This document shows, piece after piece, positions 7,880-17,800 of a DNA stretch of 64,000 nucleotides. Each line of letters starts with the position of its first letter. Within the stretch, counting starts at the first letter, position 1. The notes under the pieces were generated by a model. That model had not been told where the DNA came from and ran no database searches. It worked only from the letters and a program-made list of their open reading frames with translations. The position numbers and the translations under genes were made by a program. This stretch comes from Armatimonadota bacterium (lineage in GTDB: Bacteria; Armatimonadota; HRBIN16): the NCBI GenBank assembly GCA_040289885.1, contig PSLZ01000006.1, positions 37,211-101,210 on the forward strand, given 5' to 3'.

Positions 7880-10800
7880 CTACGGCACCACTACGTCCGA
7901 GTACAACCTCGGACTAAACGCCTCGAAGAACAGATCGCTGGTACCGCCGCGGGTGCTGTTCCAGAACAGCCATACCTTCGGTTCGAACTCGTCCTTCAGC
8001 GCGAACAGGTTGCTTTCGCTGGTTGCACCGACCAGCGGCACCAATGCCTGCGAGCCTTCAGTGGCTTCGGAGGTCTCATCGATCCAGCGCACCACGCCCA
8101 CTACCGTGCGCGGGTTGGGCTCAGGATTGCCCTGCGCGTCCACACCGACGTAGGTGATGCCGACCAGCTTGCCCTCATCCGCTTCGGTGAAGTAGATGCG
8201 CCCGCGGGCGAAGTCTACCTCCACCGGTCCGACCTCTGCGCTGATACCGTTCACCACCACTCCCGACACATCGGGGCGTCGCTCGCCCTGTCCGTCGGTG
8301 ATGACCGGCGTGTAGACAGGTGTTGGCAGTTGCACCCCCAGGCGCATGGTCTTCGCCACAAACACCTCAGCAGGGGCAGAGCCAGTGGACTTGCGGTAGA
8401 ACAACCACAACCGGTCCACAGGCGGCGACTGGGTCGGGTTATTCAGCGCGGGCAGGATGTACTTCCAGCGCGGGTTCTGCGATTTTTCCAGCCCGCCGGT
8501 GGGTGCACTGTTTGCACCGGCGTAGAAGGCAATGGGTTGTGGCACCGGCACGCCGTCGTTGGGCACGAGCGAGTTCCAGCCGTGGTTAGCTGTCAGGCGC
8601 ATGGCGCGCGGCGTGTAGTCGGCGAAAACCACATCGGTGCGAGCTGGCGCACGGTACGGGAAGGTCACCGTTCCCGCCGATAGGTCGATGACCGCCTGCC
8701 AGTCGATCTGCGTGCGCGCACTGTTGGTATAGCGGGTCAGGTAGAGGATGCCCGTGTTGGAGTCGAACCGCTGGTCGTACCAGTACACGGCGGGATTGCC
8801 TGATTGCTGGATGTCGTTCGCCGCCAGCGGATGCGGGTCGCCCACGCGCCAGATGCGGATGCGGTCGTTTCGCGCCCAGGAGAGGTCGCGCGACATCCAG
8901 ACGTTGGTCGTTCCGATGCGCTGGAGCACCTCTCCGCGTACCGGGGGCAGGTTGACCGGCACCAGCCTGCCGCCGCCTCCCAGCCTGAAGCGGGTGAGCA
9001 GAATCTCATTGGTCTGGCGCGTCTTGGTGGAAGCAGTATAAATGACGTCGATGGCGCCCTGGCGCGGGATGGCCATCGGCTCGAAGGCGTTGGTCACCAC
9101 AGCGGGCACGGGCAACTGCTGATCGCGCGTCCATGCGCTGGGGCTCAGCGGGTTGCCGAGGCAGGCGTTATAGTATATCGTGTAGCGTCCGCTGGCACCG
9201 CTGTACCAGAACATCACGGGCACGCCGCCAACCACCGTGACGCGCGGCTGGAATCGCGGCAGCGCCGCATCGTTGCCCAGCGCAAAGGGCGTTCCGGGCA
9301 CGCCATTCACTATCGGCGCAACGAAGGTCACGTTCTCCACGAGGACGGAGCCATCGCTCTGACGCTTCGCCGCTTGCCCCTGCCACAGCAGGTAGGGCTG
9401 TCCACCCGTCACAAAGAAGGTGGGCGCATAGTGCTTGATGGAGGACGGGATGACCGTGCCCGGCAGGGTGGTAAACAGTTGGCCGTATTTGTCGCGCACC
9501 GCGCTGTTGGTGGGGTCGCGAGGATACTCCACACTGCGTCCGCTCCACCACTGCGTGGGCGAGGCAGGAACCCAGACGCCGCGCTGGGCGTCCCGCGGCA
9601 GAACCGCCACCTGCAGGAACCAGGCGTTACTGCCGGATGGTTGAGTCTCGCGGTAGCTGCCGGTTCCGTCTTCCACCACGCGGTTCCGGCTCCAGTTACT
9701 GCTCCACGCCAGAAGCATGCTGTCCGCGCTCATCAGCGCAGAGGGTTGCACGTTCGCTGCGAGGTAACCCGGCTGTCCGGGCTGAGGCGGAATGCCCTGC
9801 CAGACTGTATCCACCTGTGGCAGAGAGCCGCTGGACGGGGCATTGGTCAGGCGGGACTCGGTGACCGTTACCTTCACCCGCATGGTCGGCTCACTGACCG
9901 GCTGTGCAGGCTCGTTGTTCGCCAGAACGCCGAGTACGTAGGGGTTCCAAGACGCCGCCTCGAAGACGCGAATCAGGTTGCTGTAAGTTCCCGCCGGTGT
10001 GCCCAACGGAACCTGCACGCTGACCAGCGGTTTGGTAGTTGGCACATCGTCGAACGCGCCCCCCGCGGCTTTCGGATAGGGTTTATCGGGGATAGACAGC
10101 ACGGTGGGACTGCTATCCGGGCGTGGTTTGTGCAGGGTATGCATGCCTGGGAAGCCGTTATACTGGGGCGGTCGCATGGTCAGCCACATCGGGTCGTAAA
10201 CGGCGTCGATAGAGGTGAACACGTTCTGCTGGACCACGCTACCGTCCGACCGGCGCACCCAGCCGGCGGTCAGCGCAGGCTTGTGGAAGGTGAAAGTTGG
10301 GTCGCCGATGGGGCTGACCTCCCAGTAGAACGGGTTCACTTGGTCGCTCCTCAGCGTGACGGGCAGAGGGTTCTGGAAGACCGGGTTGCCCCCCGCATCC
10401 AGATAGTCCACCGAGCCGACGGCGCGCACGTTGAGCAGGTTGACGTTACTGAGACTGCGCACCGTGAACGGCTTCCAGAACGGCTTCAGCGCGCGGTACC
10501 ACGGGTCGTTCTGGTAGACGGGGTCGCTGTCCGAGATGGGCGGACGGAATGGGTGCGTTGCTGGGTCGGAATGGATGCCGAAGCCGTGTGGCACCGCTCC
10601 GATATCGATGGTATCCTCCTCCACCCGCAGGCGCATGTCCGGGGGTATCCCCAGCGTCACGCGGAACTCGCGATACGGTTCCTCACGGGTAACCGGCGGC
10701 GTCTGGCGCAGTCCCGGGCCTCCGGGCAGGTCGAGCTGACCGTTGTTGTTCACATCCACGTAGATGCGGATGGGGGTTCGGAAGCGAGTGGCGTATCCGC

Positions 10801-13800
10801 GCGCCGTGAGCGGATTGGTGCCGTCAAAGCCCACCAGGTTAGCGGGCTGGAAACGCGGTACCTGCACCATCACCTCGCTGGTGGTGGGTACCAGCGTCCA
10901 GCTTGTCCAGTCGGGAGCGACACCCACCGGGTCGGTTGGCGGAGCCAGTGCGGCGCCGCGCGAGGAAGCGTAGAGGTCCACTCCGCCTGCCGACACTCGC
11001 ATTGCCCGCTCTGGGATGTCCGGGTAGTCTACGCTGGTGTTAGGAATACTCACCGGCAGGTCGTCCCAGGGCAGGGGGTTAATCACCGCCAGCGAGCCGT
11101 CGTCGTTGTTGTGCCAGGCGAGGTTTGCTCGCGCAACGCGCACCCGGAGCGGGTCTCCACCCAGCAAGGCGACCTTCGAGCGGTCGGCGATCTGGATCAG
11201 CCTGCTACCGCTTGCCCCGTGAGGCACCAGTCCCATCACCACCCAGGCGAGGTTTTTGCCCGCGTTGCCGTTCATGCTCAGCTCTTGCGGCACCGAACTG
11301 CCCACCACAGTCTGCCCGATCCATCCCACTTCGAAGGCGGGGTTGGGGTTGATAGTGCCGTCGGGGTTGAGGACGCGCAGTGCCAGCGGGTGAGCGATGG
11401 TGAACTCGAAATAGGGGTCAGGCGTGCGCTCCAGGGTCATGGTCGCCTGCTGTTGCCCGCCGCCGGTGGTGGTTGTAGCGGTCACGCGCACCGCGGCGGC
11501 GTAGCGTGCGCCGGGCGTCCAGGCATCGCCGTCCTGCGTCGGGACGATGCGGAAGGCATGATACGCCATCCACTTCTGGTTGACGCCCACATCGGTTCCG
11601 TAGGGCACTACGCCCACCGTACGGTTCACCGTGGCGGCGCGACTGCGCAGGCTCAGGGTGACGGAGCGCGCAGGTGGCACCAGCCCCTGCATCCCGTAGG
11701 CGATGACGTAGACCGTATCGCCCCACTCGTAGCCGATTTTGCGCGTGTGCCCTCCCGCGACCACCTCTTCAGGGGTGCGGGTGCGGCGTTGAACGATGTC
11801 GGCATACTCCTCCGCCGTAAAGACCTCCACCTTCAGGTTGGTCAGTTCCGGCGACAGCGAAGCATCCACCAGTTCCGCCCCCGGCGGCTCGCCGGGCGTC
11901 AGGTAGCCGCCCGTTGGTGAGAAGGCGTAAATAATGCCATCGTCTCCAGCGAAATACATCCAGTCGTTTGCCACGGCGGGCGAGGCAAACACCGCCTCTC
12001 CCAGCGTCTGCCAGCCCCAGAGCACGTCGCCGCGCACGTTCAGCAGATTGCCGTTATTGTCCAGTACCTGCCGGAAGGTTCCCGGTCCGCTGTTAAAGGC
12101 ATTGAGCGCGATCACCTTACCGTCCATCAAGCCGAACACGATAGCGGGCAAGGGGAGTGTGCCGGTAGCCGAGCGGCTGGGGATGATCTGGGTGTAGGTG
12201 ATGGACGAGTAGATGGGCGCACCCATCGAGCCGCTGGGGGATGCGACGGGGTTCATCGGGTCGGTGACATCCTGCCACACCAGCACCGTCTTGCCGTCGC
12301 CGGTGCCTTGCGCGTCCAGCGCGTAGACGGTACCGCCCCTGTCGCCAATGAACACCACATCGCGCACGCCCGTAATTGTGTTGACCTGGGGCGCGACCGT
12401 CGGCGAGGAGTAGAGGAAAGGCGCTACCGGGCTCTCATCGCCGGCGGTGCTGACGGGCGGGTTAGCAGCATAGGGCCACACCCACACGCGCTCGGTGCGC
12501 CGGCGTCCGGTGCCCCTCTCCCTCACACAGTATACCCGTCCGTCGGAGGCGGCGAAGTAGACCTTACCGTCGAAGATGGCAGGCGTGGTGGAGATGGGGT
12601 CCAGAGGCAGTTGCTCGTTTAACGCGGGGTCGTTACCCGAAGCAGGCTCGTATTTGCCCGGGTAAATCCAGCGCTCGGTGGTCGTGCCGCCCGAGCCTTC
12701 GGCATCCAGCGCGTACAGGCGTCCGTCCAGGCCGCCGACGAAGATGGTCGGGCCAACGCCGCTGGTGCGGTTATAGGCGGGCGAAGAGACGAAGCCGTTC
12801 ACGATGGCTGGTTTGTCGGCAGAGGGATATATCCAGATTCGGTCGGTCGTGCCGGCATCGTTCGCGTTGAAATCGCCGTTTCCGCTGGCGTCCAGACAGT
12901 ACACACGCCCGTTGGAGTTGGCCACATACACCCGCCAGTCGGGTGAGCCGCTCGTAGCGATGTTGACCACCAACGGCGAGGAGTAGCCAAACGAGCCAAC
13001 GACGGGTCTTTCGTTCAGTGGCTCTTCCGGATACACCCAGTAGGAGAAGGTAGTGCCATCGCCGTTGCCCACCGCGTCCAGCGCGTAGACTTTGCCATCG
13101 TTCGCTGTGAAGAAGACCACCTGTCTGTCGGCAACGGTTCCGCCCGGTAGGCGCATCGGCACGGTTTGCACCACGGGTGTGGAGAAGATGCCGCTGGCGC
13201 CGGTTCCCTGCTCCACAAATCGCACCGCATCGGCGATCACCACGCGCCCTTCGGTGACCTCGCTGGCTTTACGGCAGTAGTTGACCAGTTCCACGTAGTT
13301 GCTCGTGCCCTGCCGCATCCGGTAAGTGCCGAGGCTGAACCACTGTCCACCGGCGGTGTTCTGCGTCTGGTCCAGTTCCACCACCGTGTCGCCGTCTTCG
13401 TGGTGCACGATGTAGCGGGCGACCGTTGTTCGGTTCACGCTACCATCGCTCTGCGGCAGCCAGACGTAGACCGTATATTGTGCCGTTGTTGCGCCGTCAG
13501 AGGGCTGGAGGTCGGGTTGCCAGCGCACGCGCAGCCAGGTGGTGGGATCGGTGCCTCCGGTGACCGTCGCTTGCAGATAGCTGGTGCCGAAGGGATCGGG
13601 CTGGGGGGCAGGTGGAGCGGACCATCCCGGGTCTGCCTGAAAGGTTGGGGCACCGTCGGCGTTGTCCACCGTGACCGCACGTTGACCGGTGACGTTCAGC
13701 GGATAGCGCCAGACCACTCGCCCTGCGTTGTCAAAGCAGTACATCACGCCGATCTCTATGCTAGCGGTGGGGTCATCGGTATCTGGCACGCGCTCGATGC

Positions 13801-14713
13801 GCCCAATGTACACCCTCTGCACCAACTGTCCGGGCGCAACCTGTATCGTCGCCGCGACGGGCGAGGAGTAGAACGCGCCGAGGTCGGGCATGAAGCGCAC
13901 ACCGTCGAACACCACCAGCCGCCCGGCGTCGTCGAAGTGGCCGTCCTCATCGGTGTGGGTGGAGGTGTTGTAGGCGTAGACCTCTACGGGACGACGCCCG
14001 TCAAAGGGAAAGGTCAGGTCACGGCGCAGTTGCGTGCGCTCCCACTTGTTGGTAGTCGAGTTGAAGAGATACGCTGCGCTTCCTGCGCTTCCGAGGCGGA
14101 CCCATCGCCCGCCAGCGGTCTGGTTTATGACTAGGATCACCTCGCCGTAGGTGTTCGTGCCCGTCGGATAGCGCACTTTATAAACCGCTTCGCGCACGTT
14201 GCGGTTGCCTGCCGTGCCGCTGGAGGGGAACCACACGGCGATTTGATAGCGGGTGGGTTTGGCAACAAGCGGGTTGTAGGCGGGGTCGTTGGGATCCAGC
14301 TCGTTCGGGGTGGCGTTGCGCCATCGGACGGTCACCGTTGCGCCGCTGGTGGGGTCATCGGCGTTGCTGGGGTTGACCGCCGTGGCGTAGTCGTAGGAGT
14401 CGCGGAAACCGTCGGTAATGGCGTTGGCATCGGTGATGTTGATAGTGGTCACCGCGCCTTGCAGGACGGTATAATCCCCCGCGCGGTTCAGTCCGTCCCG
14501 GTCTATCTCCAGCGTAATGCCTCTATCTTGCTGGGCGGGCCACCACCAGCGCAGGTATGCCCTGCCCGGACCGGGCTCGGTGCTGAGGTTTGTCGCACCC
14601 GTACGCTGGGGATTGAGGCGGAACATCGGAAAGTCGTCCGCCCACACGATGCCCTGTGTCAATAGCACGCTTCCGATAAGCCATGCCACGAACCAGTTTT
14701 TTGCTATTGCCAT
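7880..14713 (-). CDS. Giant secreted protein (2277 aa) with a PQQ-like seven-bladed beta-propeller. Candidate PilY1-like pilus-associated adhesin.
   Basis: Signal peptide MAIAKNWFVAWLIGSVLLTQGIVWADD. Repeated blade motifs: DGKVYALDAVGNGDGTTFSYWVYP, NGRVYCLDASGNGDFNANDAGTTDRIWIYP, DGRLYALDAEGSGGTTTERWIYP, DGRVYCVRERGTG...VWVWP, GGTVYALDAQGTGDG, DGKVIALNAFNSG, DGIIYAFSPTGG. It is the last gene of the co-directional pilin-like operon. Confidence 0.75.
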   Translation of the reverse strand: MAIAKNWFVAWLIGSVLLTQGIVWADDFPMFRLNPQRTGATNLSTEPGPGRAYLRWWWPAQQDRGITLEIDRDGLNRAGDYTVLQGAVTTINITDANAITDGFRDSYDYATAVNPSNADDPTSGATVTVRWRNATPNELDPNDPAYNPLVAKPTRYQIAVWFPSSGTAGNRNVREAVYKVRYPTGTNTYGEVILVINQTAGGRWVRLGSAGSAAYLFNSTTNKWERTQLRRDLTFPFDGRRPVEVYAYNTSTHTDEDGHFDDAGRLVVFDGVRFMPDLGAFYSSPVAATIQVAPGQLVQRVYIGRIERVPDTDDPTASIEIGVMYCFDNAGRVVWRYPLNVTGQRAVTVDNADGAPTFQADPGWSAPPAPQPDPFGTSYLQATVTGGTDPTTWLRVRWQPDLQPSDGATTAQYTVYVWLPQSDGSVNRTTVARYIVHHEDGDTVVELDQTQNTAGGQWFSLGTYRMRQGTSNYVELVNYCRKASEVTEGRVVIADAVRFVEQGTGASGIFSTPVVQTVPMRLPGGTVADRQVVFFTANDGKVYALDAVGNGDGTTFSYWVYPEEPLNERPVVGSFGYSSPLVVNIATSGSPDWRVYVANSNGRVYCLDASGNGDFNANDAGTTDRIWIYPSADKPAIVNGFVSSPAYNRTSGVGPTIFVGGLDGRLYALDAEGSGGTTTERWIYPGKYEPASGNDPALNEQLPLDPISTTPAIFDGKVYFAASDGRVYCVRERGTGRRRTERVWVWPYAANPPVSTAGDESPVAPFLYSSPTVAPQVNTITGVRDVVFIGDRGGTVYALDAQGTGDGKTVLVWQDVTDPMNPVASPSGSMGAPIYSSITYTQIIPSRSATGTLPLPAIVFGLMDGKVIALNAFNSGPGTFRQVLDNNGNLLNVRGDVLWGWQTLGEAVFASPAVANDWMYFAGDDGIIYAFSPTGGYLTPGEPPGAELVDASLSPELTNLKVEVFTAEEYADIVQRRTRTPEEVVAGGHTRKIGYEWGDTVYVIAYGMQGLVPPARSVTLSLRSRAATVNRTVGVVPYGTDVGVNQKWMAYHAFRIVPTQDGDAWTPGARYAAAVRVTATTTTGGGQQQATMTLERTPDPYFEFTIAHPLALRVLNPDGTINPNPAFEVGWIGQTVVGSSVPQELSMNGNAGKNLAWVVMGLVPHGASGSRLIQIADRSKVALLGGDPLRVRVARANLAWHNNDDGSLAVINPLPWDDLPVSIPNTSVDYPDIPERAMRVSAGGVDLYASSRGAALAPPTDPVGVAPDWTSWTLVPTTSEVMVQVPRFQPANLVGFDGTNPLTARGYATRFRTPIRIYVDVNNNGQLDLPGGPGLRQTPPVTREEPYREFRVTLGIPPDMRLRVEEDTIDIGAVPHGFGIHSDPATHPFRPPISDSDPVYQNDPWYRALKPFWKPFTVRSLSNVNLLNVRAVGSVDYLDAGGNPVFQNPLPVTLRSDQVNPFYWEVSPIGDPTFTFHKPALTAGWVRRSDGSVVQQNVFTSIDAVYDPMWLTMRPPQYNGFPGMHTLHKPRPDSSPTVLSIPDKPYPKAAGGAFDDVPTTKPLVSVQVPLGTPAGTYSNLIRVFEAASWNPYVLGVLANNEPAQPVSEPTMRVKVTVTESRLTNAPSSGSLPQVDTVWQGIPPQPGQPGYLAANVQPSALMSADSMLLAWSSNWSRNRVVEDGTGSYRETQPSGSNAWFLQVAVLPRDAQRGVWVPASPTQWWSGRSVEYPRDPTNSAVRDKYGQLFTTLPGTVIPSSIKHYAPTFFVTGGQPYLLWQGQAAKRQSDGSVLVENVTFVAPIVNGVPGTPFALGNDAALPRFQPRVTVVGGVPVMFWYSGASGRYTIYYNACLGNPLSPSAWTRDQQLPVPAVVTNAFEPMAIPRQGAIDVIYTASTKTRQTNEILLTRFRLGGGGRLVPVNLPPVRGEVLQRIGTTNVWMSRDLSWARNDRIRIWRVGDPHPLAANDIQQSGNPAVYWYDQRFDSNTGILYLTRYTNSARTQIDWQAVIDLSAGTVTFPYRAPARTDVVFADYTPRAMRLTANHGWNSLVPNDGVPVPQPIAFYAGANSAPTGGLEKSQNPRWKYILPALNNPTQSPPVDRLWLFYRKSTGSAPAEVFVAKTMRLGVQLPTPVYTPVITDGQGERRPDVSGVVVNGISAEVGPVEVDFARGRIYFTEADEGKLVGITYVGVDAQGNPEPNPRTVVGVVRWIDETSEATEGSQALVPLVGATSESNLFALKDEFEPKVWLFWNSTRGGTSDLFFEAFSPRLYSDVVVP

Positions 14714-14812
14714 ATGGTCTCCACCCTCACTTCACTCGGCAGTGTGCTCTACATCTTGTTTGACGAAGCGGTTCAGGGATTCGTTCGTGTCGCTCCGCTA
14801 TGCTATCGCCCG

Positions 14813-17800
14813 CTAAAACGGTCTATCCGCGTAGAAGGGCGCGTCGATTCGGTAGGAATCACTGCTGATGACCTCATTGACGTTCGCCCAGCTTTTCACC
14901 CGTCGCGGTGTCCACCACACGATGTCTTCGGGGCTCATGCCATCGGTCAGATAGGTGTGCGGTCCGTCGATCTCGTTCACCACCTGCGTTGCGCCGGGGT
15001 TGTAGTTGCGGGGGTCTATCTCGAATACCTCTCCGCTGAACCGTCCGCTGTCAGGCAAGAGCCCGCGGTAGGCGTTGGTTATCAGGTAGTGCCCGTTTGG
15101 CAGGCGCACTGCGCTCACAGCCCAAAGCGGGATCGCCCGGCTGATGTAAGTATCCACAGGCTGAGGTCCGGTGATGCGGTCACGCAGATGTGTGAGACTG
15201 CGGTAGACCTCATCGGTCAGCCGCCACTTGATGCGCCACTGGTTGGGCGCGAGCCGCTCGAGGTCGAACACGCCTTTATCGGTGGCGAGTACGATGTTAT
15301 AGACGACGGTTCCCGTGGCGCTATCATAGCGCACCGGATACACCTGCACGCTGTTAGGACTGCCGATGGGCACTCGCCTGTTGGAGCCGATGGGTTCGTT
15401 GGGCAGGAGCACCTCGCTGAACGCCTCGGTGATGTCTAGTCCTGCGCCGATGGTACGCACCATCACCGTGCCCCCGACGCCTTCCTCACCGGTGCCGTCC
15501 GGACGCACACGATAGTTCGCCACCGTCGCCACCAGCGTGAACACCGGCGCGCCACCACTGTAACCCGACACGATGCGCTGGATGCCCGTGTAGCGATACT
15601 TGCGCCTCTCCGCACCGCTTGCGCTCGTCCAGAACAGCTGTCGCGCGGCAATGAGCGGTCCAACTGCTCCGGTGGTGGGGTCGGCGACGTAGCGGTCGAT
15701 AACGTCAATCAGCCGCCCGTTGCCCGTGTCGGCAATCAGGTAGTGCACCCAGAACTCCAGGTCCTGCGCGTCCTCGAAGGGATTGAGGCGGTTGCCTCCC
15801 GAGGACTGCTTGGGCACATATTCGGTGTAGACACTCACGTCCTGCGGCTCGCGCAGTTCGTGTGGGTCACCCGGCGTCAGCGGTGCCGGTGGCTTGGTGG
15901 GGTCGGCCAGGTCGAGGCGCGGCGGGTTTTCAAACCGGCGCAGTTCCGCGGTGACGTTGCCGGACCTGTCCACCCACACGATGCGGTTGTTGCCGGTATC
16001 CACCACAAGCATCTCGTTCGCGCTGGTACGGTATACCCTTGCGGGGCGCGCCACAGAAGTGGGCGTGACGCTTATCACCGGCGCGGAGCCACCCGACGCG
16101 GTTCCCCACAGCCTGCTAGCGTCCATGCTCCACGCCACCTTGCCGCCCGGATCCATCTCCAACAAGCGATGGCTATCGGCGATGAGGGTCATCTGGCGTT
16201 CGAACACCTTGATACCCGTGTCGCCTACCGCCGCGAGCAGACCGTTGGATACCGCGACCGCCGCGATGCCCTGGGTGCCCACCTGCGACCGACGCAGTTC
16301 GTTCAACGTGGTAGTTAGCAGGTTCATCAGCGCGGGTCCCCACGTTGCCGGGTTGTTCGGGTCGTAGCCGTAATCGGCGGGCTTGCCCAGAGCGGGCCAC
16401 AGCACGTGGTTCGGCTTATCCGAATCCTGGGTGATAAGGGGCACGTCATCACCCTGCTGGATGCTGGGGTCGGTGGCGGTGGGGTCCGCCGAAACTGCGA
16501 TCACCGTGGAAACCTGCACCCCCGGCGCATCGACCTGGGCAGACAGATAGACCACATTGCCCGCCACCACCGGCGACGCCTTCACCCGCACCGCCGGGAG
16601 GAACATAAACCACTTCAGGTTGCTGTATTGTGAAGGCTGGATAAAGTACTGGCGCGGGGGCTCGCTACCGGCGGTCACTACCACCAGCGTGGGCTGCGAC
16701 AGGCTGAAGGCGAATATCGCGCCGCCACCACCTGAACCGGGCATCATGTTGTTGATGGTAATCACCCCAGCCGGTCGGTTCACGGAGTACTGCGCTGGCT
16801 GGACGTAGGTGTATTGCGATGTGCCTCCTGCACTGCGTATCACGTCCACCTGCCGAATCTGCAGGGTAGCGTTGTTCGGGATGCCAACAGGGTTGCCGTT
16901 TTCATCTCGCAGGCGCAGTTCCACGCGCGGGTTGTTGCTGAACGCCATCAGCACCGTGCCGGGGATCTCCCCGACAGGCGGACCGAAGTTCGCCCGTGCC
17001 TCGGCGACGGCGTAGGTGGTATCGCCGAACACGGCGGGCGGCGCGGTGAACCCGCCCGGATTGATGCCGATATACTCACTGGGGTTCCTCAATGGCGTGC
17101 CAAAGAGCGTGTGCTTGAGCTGCAAAGAGGGTGGCGCTGGCTTAAAATCCGGATATCCGCCATGTAGTTGCCAGCGCCAGCGCATCACCGTCCGGTTGCC
17201 CGGCTGTTCTAGGATAGCGTAGATACTGCCATTATCGGTGGTGTAGATGACGTTATCGGCGGCGTCCAACGCGGGCTGTTCGATGATGGTCTTGCTAGGG
17301 TTGGGCACGATGTCCGCGATGCCCACGCTGGTGCGTACAGGAGTGCCCGGCGACTTGCCCCAGTCGATGAAGTAGTTCATGATGACCACGGGACTGGTTG
17401 CCGGCGGATTGGTGAACTGGATGGTTCCCGCGTTGACCGTCACGCGCGAGTCGGGCAGGTTATACCGGTCTACCAGCGCGAGCGAGCCGTCCGTCTGGCG
17501 ATTGTAGACCCACACCACTGGGTTCAGCGCGGTGTAGGGGCTCGATGGGTCTGCCAGGAAGATATGCAGTTGCCGTCCTTGCGCCCGGGTGACGAAGGTG
17601 CGCTTGTCGTTGTTCGGGTTGCTCAACACCTCGCCTTTTGTGCCCAGCCAGAAGGCGTAGACCGCACTGGTGAGCGTGCCCGTAGTGGAGCTGGGCGCGG
17701 TGGAAACATATGCCATCAGGTCAGAGGCGATGGACCCTTCGCCCGTCTGCCCCCTATCCTGCACATAACCAAGGGTGACACCGCCACGTATCGGTGGGAG

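Noticed and set aside
8804-11920. 1038-aa plus-strand ORF antisense to the 2277-aa gene. Similar long antisense ORFs occur at 13166-14134, 17564-18883, 20414-22102, 22245-23219, 28060-29295, 31228-32340, 38978-39931, 40155-41339, 46257-46994, 49472-50296, 52439-53230, 57094-58107, 59146-59703 and 61987-62940.
   Set aside because: High GC suppresses stop codons on the antisense strand. The translations are Arg/Gly/His/Ala-rich low-complexity sequence with no recognisable motifs. In each case the opposite strand encodes a protein with clear family signatures.
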